Below, piece by piece: positions 28,010 to 40,530 of a stretch of DNA of 64,000 nt. Numbering within the stretch: position 1 is the stretch's first letter; the number at the start of each line of letters is the position of its first letter. The stretch spans positions 10,726,001 through 10,790,000 of the forward strand of contig OX597831.1 of NCBI GenBank assembly GCA_951406725.2, written 5' to 3'. The DNA comes from Octopus vulgaris (Eukaryota). A program made the position numbers and the translations under genes. The notes below the pieces were generated by a model that had not been told where the DNA came from, ran no database searches, and worked only from the letters and a program-made list of their open reading frames with translations.

Positions 28010-28432
28010 CGGGCTAGCAGAACCGTTAGCACGCCGGGCGAAATGCTTAGCAGTATTTCGTCTGCCGTTACGTTCTGAGTTCAAATTCCGCCGAGGTCGA
28101 CTTTGCCTTTCATCCTTTCGGGGTCGATAAATTAAGTACCTGTTACGCACTGGGGTCGATCTAATCAACTTAATACCTATGTCTATCCTTGTTTGTCCCC
28201 TCTATGTTTAGACCCTTGTGGGTAATAAAGACATAGAAATAGGTATTTCGTCCGTCTTTACGTTCTGAGTTCAAATTCCGCCGAGATCTACTGTGCCTTT
28301 CATCCTTTCGGGGTCTATAAATTAAGTACCAATTGCATACTGGGGTCGATGTAATCGACTTAATCCCTTTGTCTTAATCCCTAGCTCCTTCCCCAAAAGT
28401 TTCTCGCCTTGTGCCTAGGGTAGAAAAGATTA
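28010..28432 (+). mobile_element. SINE family A dimer
   Basis: Two copies of the central domain; degenerate flanking repeat tatagat(c/g)ttgtt. Confidence 0.92.
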
Positions 28433-28469
28433 TAGATGTTGTTTTACGTACTTTTTAAAAGATCTGATC

Positions 28470-28855
28470 AGGTGTGGCTATCTGGGACGAAATTTGCTTC
28501 CAAACCACATCGTTTCGGGTTGAGTTGCACTGCGAGATATCAAGGGGCGAGTGCCTTCTGCTATAGCGAAGGGCCGACTAAAACCTTGTGAGTGAAATTC
28601 ATAGACGGAAACAGAAAGAAATCCGTCGAATGTGTGTGTGTATGTGTTTGTCCCCACCACCATTTAACAACCGGTGCTATTGAGTTTATATCCCCATAAC
28701 TTAGCGGTTCGGCAAAAGAAAACAATACGATAATACCAGGTATCAGACTTACAAATATAAGCCCTGGAGCGGATTCACTCAACGAAATATTCCTGGGGTG
28801 TTGCCACAGCATGGCCGCACTCTATTGACTTGAACAAGGGAAAAGATGAAAGATG
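28470..28855 (+). mobile_element. SINE family B
   Basis: ggtgtggcta..ttgcttccaaaccacat..aacttagcggttcggcaaaag..cagcatggccgca. Confidence 0.85.
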
Positions 28856-29199
28856 CCCTGTTTGATATATTTCTAAGGGGATCTGGCAACTATTTCAAAC
28901 AAATCGAACAACGATTTTGAAGCAGACAAGATTATTTCCAGAAGTAAGTAAGCCACCACCTCATAGTACCTATACAATGCATGATTACTTGAGCAGTGGG
29001 AACTGAAATGAATCTGATAAGTTTCAAAGTGTGTCCGTGATCACGAAACCATCTTGTCTATCGTGGGCCGACAAAGCACCAAATAGATAAAGTCAGAAAG
29101 CGAATAACTGAAAGCCAATAACCGAAGGGTAGTTCCATGGGTATATTTAGACACACAAATGGATGTGAATGTGTGCGTGTATGTTTGCTCGTGTATATA

Positions 29200-29575
29200 T
29201 GGCAGTGTGGTAAGAAGTTTGCTTCGCAACCCCATCGTTCCCGGTTCTGTCACCTTGAGCAAGTGTCGTCTAATATAGCCTGAAGCCGATCAAAGCTTTG
29301 TGAGCTGATTTGGTAGACGGAAACGGAAAGAAGCCCGTCGTATATATATATATTTGTGTGTGAGTCTTTGTGTCTGTGTTTGTCCTGGCACCGCGCATCG
29401 CTTGACAAACGATGGTGGTGCGTTTAGGTCCCTGTAACTTAGCAGTTCGGCAGAACAGACCGATAGAATAAGTACTAGGCTTACAAAGAATAAGTTCTAG
29501 GGTCGAATTTTTTAAACTAAAATTTGATGCTCCAGCATGACCAGTCAAAACGACTGATACAAGTAAAAGAATAAA
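29200..29575 (+). mobile_element. SINE family B
   Basis: gtgtggtaagaagtttgcttc..caccttgagcaagtgtc..gatagaataagtactaggcttac. Confidence 0.88.
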
Positions 29576-30309
29576 ATAATGTGTGTGTCAGTTTGTGCAT
29601 GTGTGTGTGTATGTATGAATACAATGCAAAGATTAAACCAGTCAAAAGACGTGCATGAGTGTATATGAGTATGCATGAGTATTGGCATGTGTATGCATAT
29701 GTGTATGTGGGCCTGTATACATGTATGTGCGTATGGCCATATGTATTGGTTGTACGTAGCCATAATCCTGCACCGATACCTATATGTATGCATGTATGTG
29801 TGTATGCATGTATGTGTGTATGCATGTATGAATGAACAAATGTTCTGTGTATGTATATATGAGAGCATGTGTACATATGTGTGCGTATATATACTTATAC
29901 ATGTTTACACACATCAATACATGCATGTATATTTGCTGTGTACGCATACACTCCGGACGGCCTAATGCCCCTCTTTCGAATCACGATGATCCGGGTCTCA
30001 CCACGCGGCCTCTAGTTACTTACACAGCAGAATGGGACATTTTAAGGGTTCACATATCCTTGGATAAAACAGCCCCTTCCTTTCTAATTAAATGAGCTAC
30101 AGCTTCTAATGAGCGGGCAAAGGATTACTTATCGTCGAAGACACCAGAAACTAATCTGCGTTCTTATATATGCGAATGTATGTATGTATGTATAAATGTA
30201 TGTATATGTGTGTGTTTGTGTGTTTGTGTGTATGCATGTACATGCTGATGTATAATGCTAACAATCAAAACCACTTTGACGGTAAAGTCTAAACGAAATC
30301 ATTCACTAC

Positions 30310-30348
<39 letters not shown>

Positions 30349-30596
30349 CATGCACATTAAAATCAACTTTTGAAATTGAGACTGTGAAGGTCTAGAAACG
30401 TCAGAAATGGATTTTGCAAATCTAATCTTCGAAATATAAAGAAAAATCTAATAAGATAATGTAAAAAGTCTAAACTTATAGCGATAAAACTTGGAAGACG
30501 TCGTATATTCAAGAAAACATACGAATATACATACTTACACTTATATACACACATATTATACATATAGACACATACACAAGCACAGGTAGAGTGATG

Positions 30597-30910
<314 letters not shown>

Positions 30911-31426
30911 CAGACAGATAGATACTGATTGACGGATTGACTGATTGATTGACTTCGGTCTTGTATTTGTTCTGCGAGCTCCTTCATGGTATTTCGTGTT
31001 GTGATGTTGTCATTCGGAGTGAGGGTTCTTTTGCCATAAAGGACTCTTAAAATCCAGTTGATTACCTGCTTGATCAAACAGCCGAGTCAAGCAAAGGAAT
31101 AGTTAGCTGGTTAATTACTTCATTAGTTAACTGTTTAATTGATAATAAAGCGAAGTGAAAGACAACGAGTGTTCTTCGTGGAAAAATTACTCTTCCCTCA
31201 CACAATGCATATATGTGTGTTTATGTGTGCGTATACATTGTGTACGATGTATATGGATACACGGATGTTAGGGTGTATGGTACCAACAAACTATATATAT
31301 TGGCATATAAATATGCGTAATTGTAGGGATGCATGTCTATATACATGCACACATATATAGGGGGAGGATTCACAAAATATATACATACATGCACATTTAT
31401 ACATGCTCATATATATGCATATATAT

Positions 31427-31496
<70 letters not shown>

Positions 31497-31730
31497 GGAA
31501 TTTACAAAAAGATGTAACAAAACAAAAAACGAAGACGGGTGTGTGTAAACAACAAGCAGATGTATTAGTTTAACGCTCGGGAATTGAGAAATTCTTTTAG
31601 GTTTCGAGCCTACGCTCTTCAACAGAAAGGAACACAGAAAAAAACAGAGAGAGAAAATAAAAATTAAAAGAGAGAGAAATGAAAAAATAGAAAGAGAAAT
31701 TTTTTAAAGATATTTTAGTGGTTAGCGTTT
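31497..31730 (-). mobile_element. Penelope-type repeat with hammerhead-like motif (31592-31630)
   Basis: Reverse complement of 53403-53597; minus strand cttt-CTGTTGA-A-gagc-gtag-gctc-GAAA-cct-A-aaag. Confidence 0.6.
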
Positions 31731-32338
31731 ATTGATACAGGAAAATGGAGTGAACAGGCTGTAATCAAAATCACTACAATTGTTTTTATGCGTTAACATC
31801 AGCTCTTATTTGCTGAGTATTTCACGTATTATTGCATTAATTGGTCAGTTTATTTATCTTGCATCTTGCATTTGACATTTTTATTTCCATTAATTTAGTT
31901 TTGGTTCTTTTCATCATTTCTATCTCGTTGTATTTCCCTGTTGCTTTTAGTCAACGGAATACTAAAAATTGAAAACGGTTATAAAACAATGGGTAAGTAT
32001 AAGAGATCCAGTTGTGCTCTCAAACCTACTCACCTGAAGACGTGCATGTACTCAGCTATTATGGAATCATATTAATATAATGACGTGTTTCATATATGAA
32101 GCACTTGGCAATTACCAGCAGAGAAACAATTGTAGTGCCTGACATTAAAGCCTGTTCTTTACATTTTGTATTACAATTTCTTTGTATGTATTCTGTGGAT
32201 ATCAACGGATTTCCACAAGTATATCCAGTGAAAGAGGCAATCCTGTTGTATGATAGCATATGGTAGCCGAAACCTATGGTGGAGCTCCGTAAAGTAATCT
32301 TTAATGTTCTAACACAGACGATATTAAATACACACAAA

Positions 32339-32570
32339 GGCGGCGAGCTGGCAGAAATGTTAGCACGCCGGGCGAAATGCGTAGCCGTATTTTGTCTGCA
32401 GGTACGTTCTGAGGTCAAATTCCGCCGAGGTCGACTTTGCCTTTCATCCGTTCGGGATCGATAAATTAAGTACCAGTTACGAACTGGGTCGATGAAATCG
32501 ACTTAATCCGTTTGTCCTTCTTTGTCCCCTCTATGTTTAGCCCCTTGTGGGTAATAAAGAAGAAAGAAAC
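32339..32570 (+). mobile_element. SINE family A monomer with 17 bp TSD
   Basis: gatattaaatacacaca at 32320-32336 and 32572-32588. Confidence 0.95.
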
Positions 32571-33229
32571 AGATATTAAATACACACACACATATACACA
32601 CACACACAAATATATATATATGAATATTTACGCCTGTAAAGTAATTATTTTTTCTAGCGAAATCATGATTGTGTGGATAATAACCTAAATTTGCTACTAC
32701 ACGTTCTCGGTTTCAATTCAACTTCATGAGAACTTAGCCCTTTAATAATCAATGCTTTCGACGTGAATTTTGTAGACGGAAAATGTGTGGAAGCTTATTG
32801 CATATACATATGTGTGTCTATGTACGTGTGTGCCGCTGCGTTTCAGACAACGTGGATTTGACGGAGAGAGTGAGCTAATGTGCGGCTCGAACATTTGATC
32901 ACTATAAACAAATTATATATATATTTTTTTTAAAGGCGGTGCTCCAGCATGGCCGCAGTCAAATGACTGAAACAAATAAAAGAATAAAACAATATCGGTT
33001 AATCCAAATAATTATTGGCACATGATTTGATCCGCAGGTACATACCCAATGAGCGACACATATGGCATAGCTTCGTCTCCCAAGGAGCGTTTCACTTATA
33101 TTTAGAAAACTCTTTAGGCTATGCATGAACATCTCAGCCGCCCGTTTCACAGCCAGATAATCATCACATGTTCTGTCTTATTCTTGCTTTGACTCCGCGA
33201 GCAAAGATTTACAGAGGGGAATGTTCACG

Positions 33230-33480
33230 TCAGTCACAGACTTGATGATGCCTGACGAGTCAGATTCGAGACAAACACGCACGACCGCAGAAACTACATG
33301 GGAAGTTAGACTGGTCAGGTTACGACAGAGTGTCCTTATCTTTCTTCCTTTTTTCTGTTGTCTGCAATAATCCCGAATAATCCTGCAGGTGTCTTCAAAG
33401 GAGGTCGTTGCCTGGAGGACATTGAGATGCCAGGCTTCACGGTCAACGGCAAGAAAAGGCCACTTGTGGAAATTAATATC
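33230..33480 (-). mobile_element. RTE-clade LINE 3' fragment
   Basis: Minus strand WPFLAVDREAWHLNVLQATTSFEDTCR..CSFCGRACLSRI*LVRHHQVC, the RTE C-terminal zinc finger pattern. Confidence 0.8.
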
Positions 33481-33744
33481 ACCAATGTAACCACATGCTT
33501 ACATCGGTGGTATTTGTGGTTGTCGTGGTCTTTGTGATCGTCGTCGTCGTCGTCACCATGATATCGAAGGGATGACCTTCATTATTGACGTAGTGGTGGT
33601 AATTGTGATGCTGATGTTGATGTTACTTTTGGTGTCATTACTCTTGTTGTTGCTGATGTTCTTGTTGTTGCTGCTGCTGTTGCTGTTGTTATTGTTGTTG
33701 TTGTTGTTAAGCAACAAGACGGGTAAGGGTGATTAGCTGATGGT

Positions 33745-33957
33745 CTAGGGCTTAGGGATGGGAGACCCCAGACCCTGGAAAAAAAACTTTGGTCGTCTTG
33801 TTGTAGTCGAAGGCTCTTCGCTGACGCCCGACACCACTGGGAGGTCGTCCGCGAAGTCGCTGGAAATGAAGATCCCCAGGTCCAAATTCTTGAACGGCTG
33901 ATGTTCATGATGCTGTTGGTGGTGGTGTGTAGCGTCGTTCAGACGGTTTCCGGAAAG
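33745..33957 (-). CDS. Candidate terminal coding exon LSGNRLNDATHHHQQHHEHQPFKNLDLGIFISSDFADDLPVVSGVSEEPSTTTRRPKFFFQGLGSPIPKP*, unknown gene
   Basis: Acceptor ttctctcataattctttgatcgtag| at 33958; 70 open codons to TAG; C-ending codon bias and elevated GC. Confidence 0.5.
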   Translation of the reverse strand, partial: LSGNRLNDATHHHQQHHEHQPFKNLDLGIFISSDFADDLPVVSGVSEEPSTTTRRPKFFFQGLGSPIPKP

Positions 33958-35390
33958 CTACGATCAAAGAATTATGAGAGAATTATTCAGCCGTTTCGTA
34001 ATGTGGCCATTTTTTGTCAAGAAGCCGAAGTGCAATTTGTGGAAGATTAGCTGCTATTTCTTACAGGCGGAAAGGCAACGAATATGATCTTTCATTCCGT
34101 TGGTTGTTATTTATATCTTTGAGCTCAAAGTTAACCCTAACTGAACACGCATATCGTTCAACGACATTCCATCTGCGACCATACAGACTTATTAGGAGCA
34201 TCCAGGACTACACACTACGTAATGCGTCATTTTGTTTAAGACAAAAAAATTCGGCCACTGTTTCTAGCAGGGAAACCAGGTCTGATGATGGCAATGGTGG
34301 TGGATGTCTTGATGAAAGTGATGGCGATGGAGGTGGTGGTGGTTTTGCTAATGTATTTCAGCCAAAGGCTGAAAATGATTCCACAGGGCAATGATCAAAA
34401 CCTATCCACTTTTGACTATCGGGTTTATTATAGTTCTAATGAATCAAGAACATAGTGTATCTAGAGCCCATGTTATCCAACGTATCCTTTTTGCTTTTAA
34501 TACTGTATGGCTTGATTTCAAGGAGACATTACTGACGTTTCTAGATGACCTTGCCACATTCTTAGCTCTTTGTTGTTGCTTTATAGCAGACTTATAGAAT
34601 TAGATTATATATTTTCCAATAATTGTCTTATCTGCACGTTCTACGTTCAAATCTCAACGAAGGCAAAATTTAATTTTCACTTTTCTATAATTTTTAAAAT
34701 AATGCACCGCAGATCGATATGATCAACTTTCTTTTTCTTTAAATCTCTAACCTCGTGTCTCTATTAGAAATATGAAGATTGTTACGCATAAAATATTTCA
34801 CTGAATGTTTGCAATATCGATTTAGTGTTTCAAATCCACACAGTGCTCGAAATTAACCTCTACAATATCGTGTCAAATTACTATGTCACTCAACGAAAGT
34901 AATGTTAGTAGAATAAGCACGCACACACGAACAAACATGTGCGCGCACACACACACATATACATTCAAACACGCCCACACACCCACACACACACATATAT
35001 ATACATTTTACTTGTTTCAGCCATTAGACTGCGGCCATGGTGGGGCACCACCTTGACATATATATATATATATTTACACACGAGGTGAAAAGGGATTAAG
35101 AGGGTTTGCAGACCCAATTTCTTTGCGGGTCCCACAATATGCAGGGCATCACTGGAAGAAGTGAACAGAATACCAAGTCTGGCTTGGAGGCAACAGAATT
35201 TGCCTCGGGATGGCTGTAGATCAGCAGTCATCCCTGGATGGCCTAATGCCAGCAGGACACAAGCTGGAGCTGGATTAACCTAAGGAAGATCACCTGTCTG
35301 AGGAGGTCTGTTTATTGAAAGACACGAAATATCTAATTACACCACGGAATGACATTGGTCACATGTGTGCAGGGGCCATCGTGTGATGAA

Positions 35391-35459
<69 letters not shown>

Positions 35460-35865
35460 CATACATACATATATCTCTATGCATAGATACATTCTTACAT
35501 GCATACGTACATACACACAAGCATACATGCATACATACATGCGTAGAAACATACATACACACACACGTACGTACATAATACATACTCACATACATACATA
35601 GATACATACATACATACATACATACATACATACGTAACAATAATTTCTTTCAATACAGCCGGTTAACATTTTCCTTGTCGCTGGTGAATTTTGCAGAATC
35701 ATAGGCGGCGTGACTTGTCGTATTTAGTTACAGACCATTACGCTCTTAGTTCAAGCACGATCAAGGTCAGATATGCGTTTCGTCTTTCCCGAATCGACTG
35801 AATAGTTTTATGTGGTTTTTAACTGGCATTTAGCCATTAAATTGATTTCCTTATAAACCTCATAG

Positions 35866-37490
35866 TGCGGTGAGCTGGCAGAATGGTTAGCACGCCCGAC
35901 AAACTGTTAGCAACATTTAGCTTGTCTTTGCATTCTGAGTTCAAATTTCACCGAGGTGCACTTTCCTCTTCATTCTTTCAACGTGTCTATACAGCAAGCG
36001 CCAGTTGAACACTGGGGTTCAATGTCATCAACTAGCCCTTCTCCCCCAGAAAATCTCAAGCCCTGTGTCAATAGCAGAAAGGATTATATTTCCTAGCTTA
36101 AGGGGTCACGCAGATAGTCGCGTTAGTTCGTCGCGTAAACTGCTTTGTGCTATTTCGTCCGCCGCTGCGTTCTGAGTTCAAATTCCACTGAGCCCGACTT
36201 TGCCTTTCATCCTTTCGGGGTCGATAAACTAAGTACCATTTATGCACTGGGGTCGATGTCATCGACTTAAACCGTTCGTCTGTCCTTGTTTGTCCCCTCT
36301 CTGCTTAGCCCCTTGTGGGTAGTAAAGAAATAGGTATTTCGTCTGCCGCTACTTTCTGAGTTCAAATTCCGCCGAGGTCGACTTTGCATTTCATCCTTTC
36401 GGGGTCGATAAATTAAGTACTAGTTACGCACTGGGGTCGATATAATCGACTTTATCCGTTTGTCTGCCTTTATTTGTCATCTCTGTGTTTAGCCCCTTGT
36501 GGGTAGTAAAGAAATAGGTATTTCTCCCGGCTTTTGCGTTCTGTGTTCAAATTATGCCTACTTCAGTTTTGCCGTTCTTACTATATTGGTCTGTAAAATA
36601 AGTACAAGCTGAACACTTGACCTTCCACTTCCCTTAAACCTCGTACCTCGTGCCACAATTTGAAACCATTTTTAGGACGACGAGTTGGTTGAATCGATTG
36701 AGCGTCGCACAAAATGCCCTACCTCGGAATTGATGACCTCGAGCTAGAATTTGAAACCCTTTATTATCTATTCCTTTAAGGCAACCAGCAGACAGACCTG
36801 ACTGATCGTCGAAGAAATTATCTTTCGCTATTTCTTCTGTCACTGATCAGCTTTTACGTTCGATTCCCGCCATAACCAACTTCAACATTCATGTTCTCGG
36901 ATTCGATAAATTAAAATATGCTCGATGATATTGATTTATCCCAGGCCCTTAAGATTACTTTCCTAGTCCCTAAATTTAGAAACCATTACTAATGTATTTT
37001 ATTGTTTTGTTTCGCCCATTCTTTTACTTTCAATTACTTCCTCACCGTTTCTTGTTTTCTTTTGCACGTTGCAATCCTCAACGCCGTCAACGTCTTTCTT
37101 CCTTCGAGCTGGCAGAATCATTAACGTTTCAGGCAAACCGTTTAGCAGACCTTTTTTTTTCTGAAGTTTTATGTACTGAGTACGAATTCCGCTGAGGTCG
37201 ACTCCATCTTTTATTTTGTCCATGACCGATAAAATAAGTACCAGTGCATCACTCGGGTCGACTACGCAGCTTCCACCAAAACTCAAGTGTTATTCATCTT
37301 ATTGTAGTTTCTTTACGAGCTGGTAGGATCGTTAGCACACATTTCGTTCATCTTTACGCTCTCAGTTCAAATTCCGCCGTGGTCGGGTTTCTCTTTCATC
37401 CTTTCGGGGTCGAGTTGAATACTGGGGTTGATGTAATGCACTTCTCTTCTTCCTTGGAGGTGCTGGCCTTGTGTCAAATTTTGAAACCAT
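35866..37490 (+). mobile_element. Cluster of co-oriented family A SINEs, including a 184 bp-period tandem trimer (36151/36335/36519)
   Basis: Units at ~35866, 36105-36670, 36780, 37105 and 37315, all carrying the B box and central domain. Confidence 0.9.
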
Positions 37491-37515
37491 TATTGTTGGT
37501 AATTTTAGTAGTAAG

Positions 37516-37516
<1 letters not shown>

Positions 37517-37573
<57 letters not shown>

Positions 37574-37670
37574 GTAGTAGTAGTAGTAGTAGTAGCAATA
37601 GTAGTAGTAGTTGTTTTTTTGTTACTGTTGTTGCTGCTGCTGCTGTTGCTGCTGCTGCTGTTGCTGCAAC
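37517..37670. repeat. (CTA)n abutting (TAG)n, then (GCT)n
   Basis: Directly visible. Confidence 0.95.
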
Positions 37671-38725
37671 TGTATCGTTCTCGATAATTTTGTCTGCTCT
37701 GATTGTTATTGTTCTTACTGTTGAACGCGATCAGATATCAGTAACAAAGTCTGCTGTAAGAAATGGAAGAATGTTTCGTTCACTCGGTTGCTGCTGTTGT
37801 TGTTGTTTTGTCTATGTTTTTTTATATTTTATTTTTATTTCTTACAAAATTCTTTCTTATTTCTATTATGAGGCTTTGAAAGTTTTTTAATGTCCACCTT
37901 GTTTACCTTGAGGCGGAAAACAAACTATCGCTTTTCGACATTTTTGAATTCGGTATTCTGCAAACTTTTGGCTTCCTCATAACGGTAAGAGGTGCAAAGT
38001 ACAAAGAGAGTTGCAGCATAAATGCACCTAGGTAAAACGAAAATAAAAACCAACTTCTGGAGAAAATATTGAAACAAGTTTAATAAAAGTTCAGTGAAAT
38101 ACTAACATGGCTAGTATCGAATCAGTAGACGTGTCAAGCGCAGACAGTAGCATCTTCTTTTGAGGAGTGGACATCATGAGCGTATACATCGTCAGGGAGG
38201 CTGCATGAGACATGCCTCATCATCAGGTGAGCCGCAATACTAAAAAAATTTCCGACTAATTTTTCCACTGGCCTGCCATTGAGAAAGTTCCACGGGTCGC
38301 CCTGTGCTCATAACTGGTGCAGGATAAGCAAATTTGGTTTAGATATTCGCGGAAAGCAGCAAAACGGCTCATAGAAAGATGAACCTACGATAATATTTTC
38401 CCATAATATACACACTCAAAACGTACACCACACACGTGACTCATTAGGAGCTTAATAAATTAATGGCTGTTCGCTTAAAGAGTAAACGTAACGTTCTGCC
38501 GTACGAATATGTCAGTTTCGGTTCTCGTTAACTTCGATTTGCTTTCATAACGACACCAACACACACATTGCTAATATACATAAAAATTACTGCCTCACTA
38601 AAACTGGCTTTTATGTATTTGTTGCCTTGATTTATGTGTATACAGTTACGTACTTTTGCTTGAATGTGCGTGAGTGCATGGATGTATGGCTGTGCGTATG
38701 CACGCATATATATGTAAATGCATGT

Positions 38726-38756
<31 letters not shown>

Positions 38757-40131
38757 CACATATATATATGTACATGCATATTAATGAGGCGGAGGCGTTC
38801 AATCGTGTTAGATTATTTATTGCCGATAAGCTTAAGTTTAGATTTAGCACCACATTAGACATAAATTTAATAAGAGTGTAGCGGATTAGCTATTTTTGCC
38901 AACATAAGCGGAATAACCTAAATAAAACGCAGAAATTCCTAATTACTACCATTAAAAAAAGTAGGACATCCCATCACATGACGACAGCTTATTCGTAGAC
39001 TTTACCTGATCGAAGACTTTACCTGAGATCATGTAGAAAATTTAAATCAACAAGTTCTACTCTGAGTTACACTGTAAAGAACCTTTAGAAGATCTTTCTT
39101 AGAAGTATCCCTCGCATCTCCACAGATAACGTAATGTTTCTCCATCCTATTGCTGCAAAAAGGTTCCGGCAATGGAATGGTTTATAAAGGATACAAATAA
39201 AACGTAAGGCGCCATCTTTTGAATATTTAATCTTAATACGTTACTGCAGATTCGAGCGAGAATTTGGTAATTGCTGGCGTGTTTCATCGCAGAAAAAAAC
39301 GACGTCTTCATTACGAAGGAGGTGCATTAATATCGCGCTTAATTCATTAGCGCAAAGGACTCCAGGACATCCGGTGTTTAGAAATCATTGCTTCTTGTCG
39401 GTCAGAGGTACCCTGGATTAGTGAATCTAACAAGTATCAAGGCTTTTGTTTGTGACTTCAACAAACTTTTTGCAGAATATCATTGGTGGTACTTGTTGCT
39501 TACAAATACCTCAAGATTCTTAATATATTCAAGAACCCCTAAACGAATTTAGTAAATACTTATCCCTCCCAAAAATTATCAACCTAGGGATCTGGGGAAG
39601 AAAACTGCAACTGCCTACATACGAAATTATACCACTTGGGCAAAAGATGGTCAGTTGAATTACTGCACTTCTAAGTTACAAAATGAACCCCGGTAAGTAA
39701 ATAACTTCTTAGATCATAAATGTGAATGGATGTGGATGGTTTCAAGAGACAGTTCTTAAACTGTCCGTTTACCACTTGACATTGAGACAAAAGAACCAGC
39801 ACTACATCGTCGAGCTGCACACAGTGTTGGACAGATCACGACATCACCAATATTAATATGAATAGCACTGCAGTAACGATTTAACGTTTTTCACTCAAAG
39901 CCCCCTTGTCTCCTGAAATGAAGACGTCTTGCGTTAGAAAGGGCTGAGCAGCTTCTTCTCATGGGGAAGCTGAGACTCTGTTTAAAGTATCGAAAGACGA
40001 ATCCGATGTGTAGAAGAACACACGAAGGTGGCAAGCGTTTCTAACTTAACGGAACACTAATAATAATAATAACAACAACGATAATAATAATAACAACAAC
40101 AACAACAATAATAATAATAATAGAAAATATG

Positions 40132-40292
40132 TAGGAGTGGCTGTGTGGTAAGTAGCTTGCTTATGAACCACATGGTTCTGGGTTCAATCCCACTGCGTGG
40201 CACCTTGGGCATGTGTCTTCTACTATAGCCTCGGGCCGACCAAAGCCTTGTGCGTGGATTTGGTAGACAGAAACTGAAAGAAGCCCGTCGTG

Positions 40293-40334
<42 letters not shown>

Positions 40335-40530
40335 TGTGTGTGTTTGTGTGTCTGTGTTTGTCCCCCTAGCATTGCTTGACAACCGATGCTGTTGTGTTTA
40401 TGTCCCCGTTACTTAGCGGTTCGGCAAAAGAGACCGATAGAATAAGTACTAGGCTTACAAAAGAATAAGTCACAGGGTCGATTTGCTCGACTAAAGGCGG
40501 TGCTCCAGCATGGTCGCAGTCAAATGAGTA
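40132..40530 (+). mobile_element. SINE family B, best-preserved copy (tRNA head, CORE-like caccttgggc segment, internal (TA)/(TG))
   Basis: A box tggctgtgtggt, B box ggttcaatccc, tail ggcggtgctccagcatggtcgcagtcaaatga. Confidence 0.92.

Noticed and set aside
36105-36670. Regularly spaced repeats as a CRISPR array
   Set aside because: Units are 184 bp SINE bodies with no unique spacers; no cas genes; eukaryotic context.
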